Origin: Schmidtea polychroa
Taxonomy: Eukaryota
Length of the DNA stretch: 64,000 bases
NCBI GenBank assembly: GCA_044892525.1
Contig: CM097888.1
Coordinates: 1,674,001 to 1,738,000 of the forward strand
Direction: 5' to 3'
Shown: positions 57,301 to 62,323 of the stretch, one piece after another
Numbering within the stretch: position 1 is the first letter of the stretch
Layout of the letters: each line of letters begins with the position of its first letter
The notes under the pieces: generated by a model
What the model was told of the DNA's origin: nothing
Seen by the model: only the letters and a program-made list of their open reading frames with translations
Database searches by the model: none
Position numbers and translations under genes: made by a program

Positions 57301-59759
57301 ATTATCTTTTGTATGAAGCGTCGGTATGGTATGATGTCAATGAATTCCTGGTTTCTTACCACCACTGGAAGTATTTCCTTTACTTGTTTTATCGCTTCTT
57401 CTCTTTCTTTTCTCAATTTCATTTCGATATTCTCGTCTTCGCTTTCGCTTGTCACGTCGCTTTCTCTTTCATCTTCATCTGCTCCGATCTTTTCTCTTAG
57501 TTGGTCGATATTCTCATTTAACTGTAACATTTCTCCACCAAGGCTACTCACATAATCCTCATCGTCATCTGTTGACAACACCTTCTTTGTTGTCCTCATC
57601 ATATTAATTCGTAAATTTCTCATTCTTGGTACTTTCTTTAACTTGTTGTTCTCGAGTATCGTTAGCTCCTCTGAGTCTAATTCTCGTATCATATTATGCT
57701 TTAGATGATTAATCTGTTTTTCATTTTCGTTATTTTCTGCTTCTGCTTCTGTTTTTGTTGGCTCATTTTCTCTTTCGATTTTATCTTTTATCTTTTTCCA
57801 AAATATTTTCTGAATTCTCTGATTTCCTTTTAGTGGTGTTGTTGAATTTTCCTTTTTTGCTGCTGTAATTGTTTCTTTCGGTTTCTCTGGTTCGCTCATA
57901 GGTACAACTCTTGGATTTTTACCGTAATTGTAACAATATTGCTCCTTTATCTCCTTTACCATCCTCATCATATTTATTCGTAGTGGTTGTTCTTGTCGCT
58001 GCTGAATTCGCTCTCTTTTTATCCTTTCTTCTTCAGCTTGTAGTCTTTGCCATTCTTGTGCATGTTGTTGCACTTCATAATTGTTAAGATTCTCGGTGCT
58101 TCTCATCATGCGTATATTCTGGGTTGGTTGTGGTACTTGCTCTTGTCTCGGTCTCATCATTTGTTGCATCATCTGCTTCATTTGTGAAATTTCTTGCATC
58201 ACATTCATTTGCTTTCCCTCACTAGGATTACTTTGTCGTTGCGGATTTGGTGCATAGTTATTATTTCGCTGTGGTGGTCGTTGCTGTTGGCTCCTTTCTC
58301 GACAGTCTCTTGAGATATGACCTAGTTGCCCGCAGTTAAAACATCCTCTTGATTGGCATATATTTTCCGTGTGTCCTCGTCGTCCACACCTATTGCAATT
58401 TGCGTTTCGGTAACAATCTCTATCCCAATGTCCTGGTTTACCGCATGTTCGGCATTGTTTGTTATCGTTCATATTTCGTCGATTATTAAAGTTGTTCCCA
58501 TTGTTCGAGTTGTTGCGTTCACTGTTATTCCCGTTTGATCGTCCTTGTGGTGGTTTGAAAATTTGATGTGCTCCTGGTATAAACTGATTCATCTTGGGTT
58601 CATGATTATTGTTATCCCCATTTTCCGTTTTCACCGTTGCTGTTGCGATTCTTCCCTCCTCTTGCATGACGTTCATTTGTGCTGGGAGGTGTAGTTCGCA
58701 TCTTGTGGCCCAATCTATGGCTTCTTCTAGTGTTTTACACATTTGACATCCCACCGAGGCCCTTACCTCTTCTCGGCGTAGTCCTTCTATGAAATAACCA
58801 ATTAAATTTTCCTCCGGCAAGTTTCCGTTCATGGCCTTCTTTGCCAATCTTCGCAATTCACTTGCGTATAACGTAATTGACTCGTTTGCTCTTTGTTTTC
58901 TACTTGCCAGTTCACCTAACGCTTGATTTATTGGTTTGCTGGCTCCGAATGTTTTTCTCAAAAATGTTTTGATGTTTTCCCAATTGTCTAATTTCGTATT
59001 TCTTTCTTTTGCTTCCAGATATACTTCGAGTGCGCTATCGCACAAAAACAGAGGCATTCGTTTACTAATTGCTTCGGGTGTCCATCCACACACATCGATA
59101 TAGACTTCAAAGTTGGTTATGAACGTTGCCAACTTGTTCGCATTCCCGTTGAATGGTTCGCCTCTAAATTTTTCCTTATACTCGTCAGTTTTTACCACAT
59201 TCATCTTAATTGGTTCTTGAAACTCTATTATTTCCTTTAAATTTTCCAGCGATGTAGCTAAGCTATGGACGGATAATTCTTCTGTTGACCCGGTTAGGTT
59301 GTTTGTTATATCGGATAGACTTTCTCTACTTCTAGATCGGCTGGGCGTATGTCCGGCTGTGGGGTTTTCTTGATCGTATATCGGTGTTTTGTGGGGTCTT
59401 TTTGCTCCTTGTGATATTCCTCTCTTCTGCCTAAATGATCGTCCTCTTTTGAGTTGATCTAATTCGTCTCCTGAAAATAATACGTCTCCTGGCTTACTTG
59501 AAGATCTAAGGTTGGGTTTATCCGTGATTTTCCTTTTACTCTTTTCTGTCTTTTCACGTGGGTTTTCTACGGTTAGCGTCTGCTGAATTGGTCGAGTTCG
59601 GTTTTGATATTGTCTTCCTTTGTGCGGGTTCTGAATTGCTTTTCCTGGGTTGTTTGTATATTCTCTGGATTCCTCTTGAGCTGGTTCTGAATTGACTTGG
59701 TTGGATGGATGTCTACAATGAAAATATGATATCGTGTTGCCTTTGCTTACACGAATCAA
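45324..59759 (-). CDS. 4,811-codon Gag-accessory-Env-Pol-ANK-membrane polyprotein
   Basis: Uninterrupted 14.4-kb frame; first in-frame ATG at 59204 (codon 186); domains listed separately. Confidence 0.95.
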   Translation of the reverse strand: MIRVSKGNTISYFHCRHPSNQVNSEPAQEESREYTNNPGKAIQNPHKGRQYQNRTRPIQQTLTVENPREKTEKSKRKITDKPNLRSSSKPGDVLFSGDELDQLKRGRSFRQKRGISQGAKRPHKTPIYDQENPTAGHTPSRSRSRESLSDITNNLTGSTEELSVHSLATSLENLKEIIEFQEPIKMNVVKTDEYKEKFRGEPFNGNANKLATFITNFEVYIDVCGWTPEAISKRMPLFLCDSALEVYLEAKERNTKLDNWENIKTFLRKTFGASKPINQALGELASRKQRANESITLYASELRRLAKKAMNGNLPEENLIGYFIEGLRREEVRASVGCQMCKTLEEAIDWATRCELHLPAQMNVMQEEGRIATATVKTENGDNNNHEPKMNQFIPGAHQIFKPPQGRSNGNNSERNNSNNGNNFNNRRNMNDNKQCRTCGKPGHWDRDCYRNANCNRCGRRGHTENICQSRGCFNCGQLGHISRDCRERSQQQRPPQRNNNYAPNPQRQSNPSEGKQMNVMQEISQMKQMMQQMMRPRQEQVPQPTQNIRMMRSTENLNNYEVQQHAQEWQRLQAEEERIKRERIQQRQEQPLRINMMRMVKEIKEQYCYNYGKNPRVVPMSEPEKPKETITAAKKENSTTPLKGNQRIQKIFWKKIKDKIERENEPTKTEAEAENNENEKQINHLKHNMIRELDSEELTILENNKLKKVPRMRNLRINMMRTTKKVLSTDDDEDYVSSLGGEMLQLNENIDQLREKIGADEDERESDVTSESEDENIEMKLRKEREEAIKQVKEILPVVVRNQEFIDIIPYRRFIQKIMKLERNEKDLIPNEEKVIIKKYMEKMKQAETTRYVIKIGTSKGLERIWIKNAVTDDLFDWIREHLGSSRKKEYLYQHQGEQIKPDMHLIDALIWPGETQILKLYKEKQPANIHEWAKDAKAEYDFSIKLKLEQIKQCTLRRNLDKLIKQIQEQVEDNWDLLIARRTPDMHELMSRLRDTELLRMSDWRTINLIHKYGRLKETQPQKLEITIWLPNEEKRRIKMSNQSTVDDLVTKINQEITEKVRSESSDGMIDDVVMMYDKIILRAEDDTSLSEMGMWDNHQIIRILPMDEFRTRDITYQKEIRDRMKTLYQKSVEIIEIHQQWLKEKELQGKIKKLSVRSCRRTPWERTWNAENKEWKIRKGIFVETDIGEIESESEEEEDEPPKYEEDEIESTSDDGSETDVTSESETETRHIHAMRKKEREYADMDSEEAMEAREREEKERYKQLGDILATGTKNQKRQVIALANIILKTSENIHNLREMAKAIEEYRQYNEWYPEQLEQIIRKWRNQEWAQDTQERYRIRVKYPDKSIEDTEVHPTTKIRELKKKLAYETPFHLQLFGKSLDDNADVGITPMRLGEINVLTMAETLGKPIKRKNKSSKPTKGSLSTPSPNKVASKTNETEEIEEIILEDSDGGAGERSPILVRWPTGAEIWTTSQPSTSYQQPNKLSIEEIIDNTTETETDEQFQRQKGPTKATPEGQTDKIIDEWNEWLRNNDSSLPRTDNERNPNYENTREAGTMMEKRAKGRPKKQGEKPEFKTREQLKQEQGQVRLEKLDKIVWDLKEAQPTIERGEKWIRELVKDMLIITNPQLRRLWQRKVASVDARQLWNTISGIIPKLIKEKTKTTKTDWEETRRVIEQLTLNANDDEHHLVVLTYLMYNLMGLAARKIPNKQFANHVEMTVTIIENTIEPHIIRAGGWKRLIQAPRKNEQERSMQIRLKKLLHELEWELPLKDPASRKASINSLMMTMMIWMLCTSGAAGFTIYDCDNSIIGERYSLRDIEECRQASPNKLDIVKKKVSYHVYQESDFIRTQARECVVSKKVLAYYCGQYSYSTLILPGLDKEIVPIQREDCKELFRTGAMRIRDGVTIHGQSGMIKTESIYVAGRVKSTDGSCNGGTYTIRGEVISGVVVIESYTVELKEYEAQFDANNYQMKTNPACRATENVCRTGISTIIYEANTQKCRLQLLKSALFNEVKGEIYENEDDDEENGNVRMRNGKPVPPSPKEKRLTTQKTPTALITDDPDIGMRFIREKETTKCDSIVYRTNYAGIYMSRQVIDRAVGKVATEDVKLYLYANNKMDFLFHRGQTTMQKVYYDLIQNDCSLNKEILKTKLAIAITHPDNTMPSLPLPDGHFGRMVGEVMYTYACTKTFARLPRKPTIPPGKCANELEISYKGRNRFVQPVTRIMNPIGFYPNTFNCSNAYGPLYEKPDGKWIMLPVKTEVQEPKKFGLIELATEQDFKPIDVSKAGMYSPEDLETARLNVLFPARRESILSNMVTITGGTNFQSGPNYELLLSPDHFQQATSNMMKAMWGRFLVFGQMMAGILGIILIIQIVRVILTQMLACFDIYKREKKVNWKLIVGFLPFLAKTMVLHGHSKDIHRIKRLIKILTKIKGTDEEVGRRFRKTMYDEATRTQLKKNKPKFLDRFRNRSNSSDSDDDDNGNDKYPYPSRNPNEKPIETAPYWEKEKTNTWIANGSYIPPDIVGQQTALTMTQNMYPQLPSQPGMNYMPTRRTKSVDQADDVRTIAVMSSPGGAAVTVMIQINGKETSAMIDTGANVSAIAINQIPSKCWKDIEQTTIHIIACSKETVDVVGRWWTTLRYQDNEIETYLAVIPKLSEPCIIGTDLMPELFKEVVIDLTTMCLKDKMGRICKMNAIIRCPEKIIVPAKSQMICQIKVDAGMEGEVIFEPSKSFEKRRELPLAREIITINEDGEIPINITNFEEEDKIIYENERLGRLTPMIDIELPKIINETTKADELWIIDSTLLTEKEKERLQQLLIEYKDIFAISDLDLGACDVTLHAIPLIDETPIALRPYKLAEKQKEIAEAEVQKMLDAQVIEPSCSPWQFPVVMVKKKDGTQRFCIDYRKLNAVTKRDTYPLPDINEMLLMLQGAAYFTSLDLKSGYWQIKVKEEDKEKTAFTLGRDLYQFRKMPFGLTNAPASFQRCMNFVTHGIKQCMVYIDDLLIYSATFKQHLEDIRNVFVRLRQWKLKLKPSKCDWAKEKVTFLGHIVSAKGKEPDPRNIEKIKTCPAPKTVTQVQEFLGLCGYYRKFIKNYAGIAKPIQELVKKDISFIWGAEQQKAFETLRDKLIEAPILVHPDFKKPFLLATDASGYAAGAILGQLDEEGKERVIGYYSRTFKKHEKNYSVTEREALAIIQAIKHFRYLLWGHEICITTDHQPLVWLGQHKEASSRLMRWAMQLQEYSPFIKFKAGRANANADCMSRFIFPDLVDHEMQRICLMVAEDLDFCQLRKDQQEDTELKQIIEYVKTGKAEVYEKDQKLKEHMDKQRHRYIIEKDWLLIMDGEKRLMCIPENRRKDLLTQYHDGRLGGHMSSKKTLARMKQKYFWPTLTEDVTEWVKNCITCATRKNTGTKWKAPLKPMPVPAEPMTMISMDVVGPLPESDRGNIYILVITDYLTKFPEAFAMADQKARTIAKILVEEICCRYGTPKQILTDQGTNFMSEIMSEVTNYFKIAKLRTSPYHPQTNGMTERFNGTLIQMLSNYVDRHQRDWDEYIKLCLMAYRMSIHASTKMSPFKLMYGRECNMPMDLEYQPPISQYMEIDDYVTKFKERMQEIWETAGLNIKFYQESYKELHDRKKNVKQHTFQTGDWVMIETPELIPGTTKKLQRNGKGPYEILFVGETNVRVRLVNNPFTRPIYVNVARCKPIPKTATSQPEGRTLTTRSQTYRINMLQQINEPTGNRLGLQPSEAEKIIKEVKVKMPGWAEDRLDFEILGGLLTMIENYANRERTHPLLRVVKSQWPILFTITDHYGDTPLHKLLKVGSNEQILETIEAFRDCNISTDQENNQGYTPLMIAANRDKAKDIIIALLETGSKITTQDHNQKNALHHAIEGKSTEAFIILVDLISYEDNREIGNMYDGLLTAIKEKLTTITGILIAWRNPIKNDYMVDINETFTKGENTLMREAMRGHHLFEIPNQLLQRGIKFSNHKDEQLIRKRITNFEKAISQFTDKVQVKFWDTVSVLHMMETMNNIRENYLSIIQVLTAEERINSSNKKKIKMKKVKARESEEQVDQPITDIATTSKPKIINSDQEIVVRKAKEVFFEEMQDLSDEAILAKITKTVHTYARDQTTNLDIGKIKTFIPLAFTLPTKDSRTPLQQAILAAKENRAITIIRILRDFGEESNAKNEQGETAMMYAAITNIHPKTLHILHQSGSRLDEISNEGNSTMDWATIQPNLEMIRFICKNATRTEVENICKNTSQFQWNTIRMNLEAMKLLLTWRIPQSNKYAININEFYENGENAMVKNTLTKGGTPKIIMIVLNREDLKFTQNLHEQKRIGKHRRIQLRELVKEWNRKRHVATGRKEFEPEAKLARNRVLTAYRRLLNEINVEDDILNDRGGDKDDKDDKDDDNNEKGRNGNKEKEKSEENNQENNDASRKKEENNPRNRRKQEEKTNSGKQRVCLLFTNKEMETNMMIMILVLTMVEMITAQGGMRTIKEAKETENKDNKEEELKQEKKKQVQEQQWDLKEEWDLKERCILGRCMSRAYQRLVLKNEDAEPITEVRIQEAYRNREGKRITKVKGKEVHLGKGGEVVITQLQPRKEHKVCIARLRPGEDCLQYVIQQQPPKEYTICIWRKDTARECRRYPGKRGKKRKIDDEKDEQGKRKKNSEKHQDNYVSEEEMEKIQKMAKEGMNEEIARIRGMMKGNGKDGNLKSTETISTITSKEKAEIISIKQMMWISGIIITGAFLIITGGTIKIIKDRRHHGELEMARIRNFQHRVKRPSNIKQEQWVEAWNAQRPPSSRI
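45468..46330 (-). other. Polyprotein C-terminal membrane module (signal-like segment, FN3-like motif, TM helix)
   Basis: MMIMILVLTMVEMITAQ; ITQLQPRKEHKVCI (resembles FN3 IxxLxPxxxYxVCV); TM MMWISGIIITGAFLIITGGTIKII, then basic tail. Confidence 0.5.
46790..48330 (-). other. Two ankyrin-repeat modules downstream of integrase
   Basis: DHYGDTPLHKLL, NNQGYTPLMIAA, DHNQKNALHHAI; then DSRTPLQQAI, NEQGETAMMYAA, NEGNSTMDWA. Confidence 0.85.
48630..49780 (-). other. Integrase (HHCC, DDE core, GPY/F); no chromodomain
   Basis: YHDGRLGGH..CITC; SMDVVGP; LTDQGTNF; HPQTNGMTERFNGTL; GPYEI. Confidence 0.95.
50000..50330 (-). other. RNase H
   Basis: LATDASG, YSVTEREALAI, TDHQPL, RWAMQL, NANADCMSR. Confidence 0.95.
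50560..51240 (-). other. Reverse transcriptase (Gypsy type)
   Basis: RFCIDYRKLN, SLDLKSGYWQI, MPFGLTNAPASFQR, YIDD (50742-50753). Confidence 0.97.
51670..52050 (-). other. Retroviral-type aspartic protease
   Basis: AMIDTGANVSAI (DTG at 51963-51971) and CIIGTDLM. Confidence 0.92.
52510..54398 (-). other. Chuvirus-like envelope glycoprotein (signal peptide, Cys-rich ectodomain, C-terminal TM)
   Basis: Signal MMTMMIWMLCTSGAAG; YDC..YSLRDIEEC; YQE..ARECVV..YYCGQYS; C-terminal WGRFLVFGQMMAGILGIILIIQIVRVI..WKLIVGFLP. These match, as recalled, Chuviridae G and the G carried by BEL/Pao elements. Confidence 0.75.
54528..54990 (-). other. Bcl-2-like helical segment
   Basis: IEPHIIRAGGWKRL resembles BH2 (WIxxxGGWxxF), preceded at suitable spacing by a degenerate BH1-like RVIEQLTLNANDDEHHLVVL. 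Confidence 0.45.
55548..57205 (-). other. Three ubiquitin/SUMO-like domains (about 56995-57205, 56440-56687, 55548-55743)
   Basis: For example YRIRVKYPDKSIEDTEVHPTTKIRELKKKL..LQLFGKSLDDNADV (TI.ELK, L.F.GK.L.D) and STVDDLVTKI..DDTSLSEMGM. Confidence 0.55.
58302..59204 (-). other. Gag capsid-like region plus three CCHC zinc knuckles
   Basis: FIEGLRREEVR, TLEEAIDWATRCE; CRTCGKPGHWDRDC, CNRCGRRGHTENIC, CFNCGQLGHISRDC (58302-58454). Confidence 0.93.
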
Positions 59760-60427
59760 TCATTCCTTTTTGCCACATTCAAGCACAGACACCGTTTTAG
59801 GGCCTCTGTTATACTTCTCTTCATTTCCCCTCATACGCTTCTTCGCGGAATATAATTTCCCATCAACCCATATTTTTCGTCGATTTTAAATTATCTATTT
59901 GGGGTGGTAACAATTATCTATATAGTCGTATAAATTATCTATAGTTAGCATTTATAATATCGATAGGTCGTTGTCAGTTACTGCTTATTACCCCCCATAT
60001 TTTCTTAATCCTTTTACGCGGTTCCGCTATTTTACTTAATCTTTCATCTCTGTTTCCCCTTATTTGGTTCTACTCTGTAACCAAAACAAAATTCGTTTAA
60101 CCGGTTTAAACCAAAAAAATTCTGTAGAACTTTGTCTACTTGTCTGGGATCCCTTTTTTAATTAATTAATCACCTTCCTCTTTTACTCATCACTTATTCT
60201 TTATTTTCATTATCTCTTTAATTCATTTTCCTTTTCCGTTTCTCTTTCCCACTGAAAAAAAAAATTTCATTATTACTTCCCACGAGCTCGTTTAATCCTT
60301 TCTAAATTCAAATATCATATTTCAAACTCACTTTGCTTCTAGCTAGCTTTAATATTCCATCTCACTAGTAATTTAAATGTTATCAACTTGTAGCTTGAAT
60401 GCTATCTCACTATTACTTTAGGCCTTT

Positions 60428-60782
60428 ACGACTGGCTGGCACTTTTCAACAGCTCAATCTTCTTCTCCTGACCGGTTGGACTATTCAACAACTCGATCTT
60501 ACGACTGGCTGGCACTATTCAACAGCTCAATCTTCTTCATCTCCGAACTGGCTGGACTTTTCACAGCTCAGTTTTAATTTTTCCTGACCGGCTGGATTTT
60601 TCAACAGCTCGGCCTTAATATCTCCGACTGGCTGGACTTTTCACAGCTCAGTTTTAATTTCTCCTGACCGGCTGGACTTTTCAACAGCTCGGCCTTAATA
60701 TCTCCGACTGGCTGGACTTTTCACAGCTCAGTTTTAATTTTTCCTGACCGGCTGGACTTTTCAACAGCTCGGCCTTAATATC
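60428..60782. repeat. Nine ~40-bp repeats in the element leader (alternating ~79-bp dimer)
   Basis: Core GACYGGCTGG(C)ACTWTTCA(A)CAGCTC. Confidence 0.9.
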
Positions 60783-61366
60783 TCTAAACTCTGCATGCTT
60801 CCGTTCCTTTTTGTCTTTATTCTATACTGTCATCTTCCTATTTTTACTTTTATTTGTCGACTTAATCTGTACCGCTTTGGAAGGTTTCCCCTTTCCCCCC
60901 TTGCTTAAAACGCAAAACGATCGCATTGATCCATTTCTGCATTGGTATGGTGATCAGCCATACCGCAGAAACTTTTCAATATTCGCGATGGTACCTCGCC
61001 TTACATCTCTTACTCGGGGTGATCGGTTATCCCCTCCCGAACGGTTTTTCAATTATCGTACCTCCCGAAGGTGGCTCGGTTTATTCCCCCTTTAATCTTA
61101 TGTTGGGACTAGCTCCACTTTATGTACTCGATTTAAATTTTAAAATACCCTTTCTTCATGGTGAAAATTATGATACAACAGATCAAATTATAGCTTCGCA
61201 AAATGAAATAAACACACAAAAATGATTTATTGATTATTCAGTCCATGCTACATATGATATATGATACCATTATTAAAATATTAATGAATCAAATCAAAAA
61301 AAATTAAAATATTTTAGTTTAATTGTTCAACCATCCAATTTCTCTCACCGAGCGACGATCACGTAC

Positions 61367-61846
61367 CTAACTGAAGTAGATTGTGTGCTTCTCTTTTATT
61401 ACACATGTGCACATAGAACACCGGATTAAACTGGCGGCGCATTCGTCACAATGGCTAAGGTGCCCACAAGGTAGAATCAGAATTTTGACAGGTCGCATCT
61501 TGCAAATGTTACAAGTTCTCAAGGCCGCTGCTTTCTCTACTATTGATGTTCGTATCCGCTGAGACAGAGTTTTGACTCGTTCGCGTATCCTCACATATTC
61601 GATGTTCAGCGCTGGGTCGTCGAGACGTTGCTGAAACCATTGGTAATGAATCGACAAGTCGGTATCGGTATTTGTTGATCCTAATCTGTCGGTTAGAAAG
61701 TTTTGTTTGGATATCAGCGGTGCGTTGTGGCTTTGTTGTTCTAGCAGTTCTATTTGTTTCAGTTTTTCCCTTAATGTTTTTATTGAATCATTTTCTATTT
61801 CGACGAACCGGCTTAGCTGTTGTAGATGTTGTCTAGCGTCTGACAT
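61367..61846 (-). CDS. 159-aa coiled coil + C-terminal IAP/MDM2-type RING, no BIR
   Basis: CNICKMRPVKILILPCGHLSHCDECAASLIRCSMCTCVIKEKHTIYFS resembles IAP RING CKICMD..IVFIPCGH..C..CA..L..CPICR..I...F.S. Confidence 0.85.
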   Translation of the reverse strand: MSDARQHLQQLSRFVEIENDSIKTLREKLKQIELLEQQSHNAPLISKQNFLTDRLGSTNTDTDLSIHYQWFQQRLDDPALNIEYVRIRERVKTLSQRIRTSIVEKAAALRTCNICKMRPVKILILPCGHLSHCDECAASLIRCSMCTCVIKEKHTIYFS

Positions 61847-62298
61847 ATCTAAATGAATGTGTTGTTATTATTTGTTCTTACTAGTATTAGCAATAATATT
61901 ATTACGTTGTATTTAATATTCGTTTCTCTTTTATTTGTTATTGTTTCTAGCTTTCGTATTTTATTTAGTCTTTTTAACAATCCCCGTCGTATTTTTGACT
62001 TTAATCTTTTAATTTTATTGTCATTACTTTCTTTTGTCTCCCCTTTTTAATTTAATAAATTAAAATTAAACAAAGTAACTAATTCCCGTTTCCTTCTCTC
62101 ATCATACTCTATCATATACATTCATACTCATTTAGGTTCATCTTTATTCATACATGCTCTATTTTCAGTTCGTATCATCATTCTATTGTATTACGATATC
62201 GATTCGTTTCAGTCCCGATTCCATTTTTAATCATAATTAATTAAATTGTTAATCTAACACATCATAACACAATAATAGGTAATCAACAAATCGAATTC

Positions 62299-62316
62299 AT
62301 CCCGGCTGAGCCCCCA
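62299..62316 (-). promoter_or_regulatory. Primer-binding site, tRNA-Pro-like
   Basis: Minus strand TGGGGGCTCAGCCGGGAT, 16/18 match to the vertebrate tRNA-Pro PBS TGGGGGCTCGTCCGGGAT; 7 nt from the LTR end. Confidence 0.8.
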
Positions 62317-62323
62317 AAAATCA

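Noticed and set aside
45463-58538. Many plus-strand ORFs (60-170 aa) antisense to the polyprotein
   Set aside because: F/S/L-rich shadows of the A-rich coding strand, with no motifs.
60428-60782. CRISPR-like array in the element leader
   Set aside because: Spacers are short, recurring and alternate between two types.
61367-61846. Complete IAP gene
   Set aside because: No BIR motif (CX2CX16HX6C) in the ORF.
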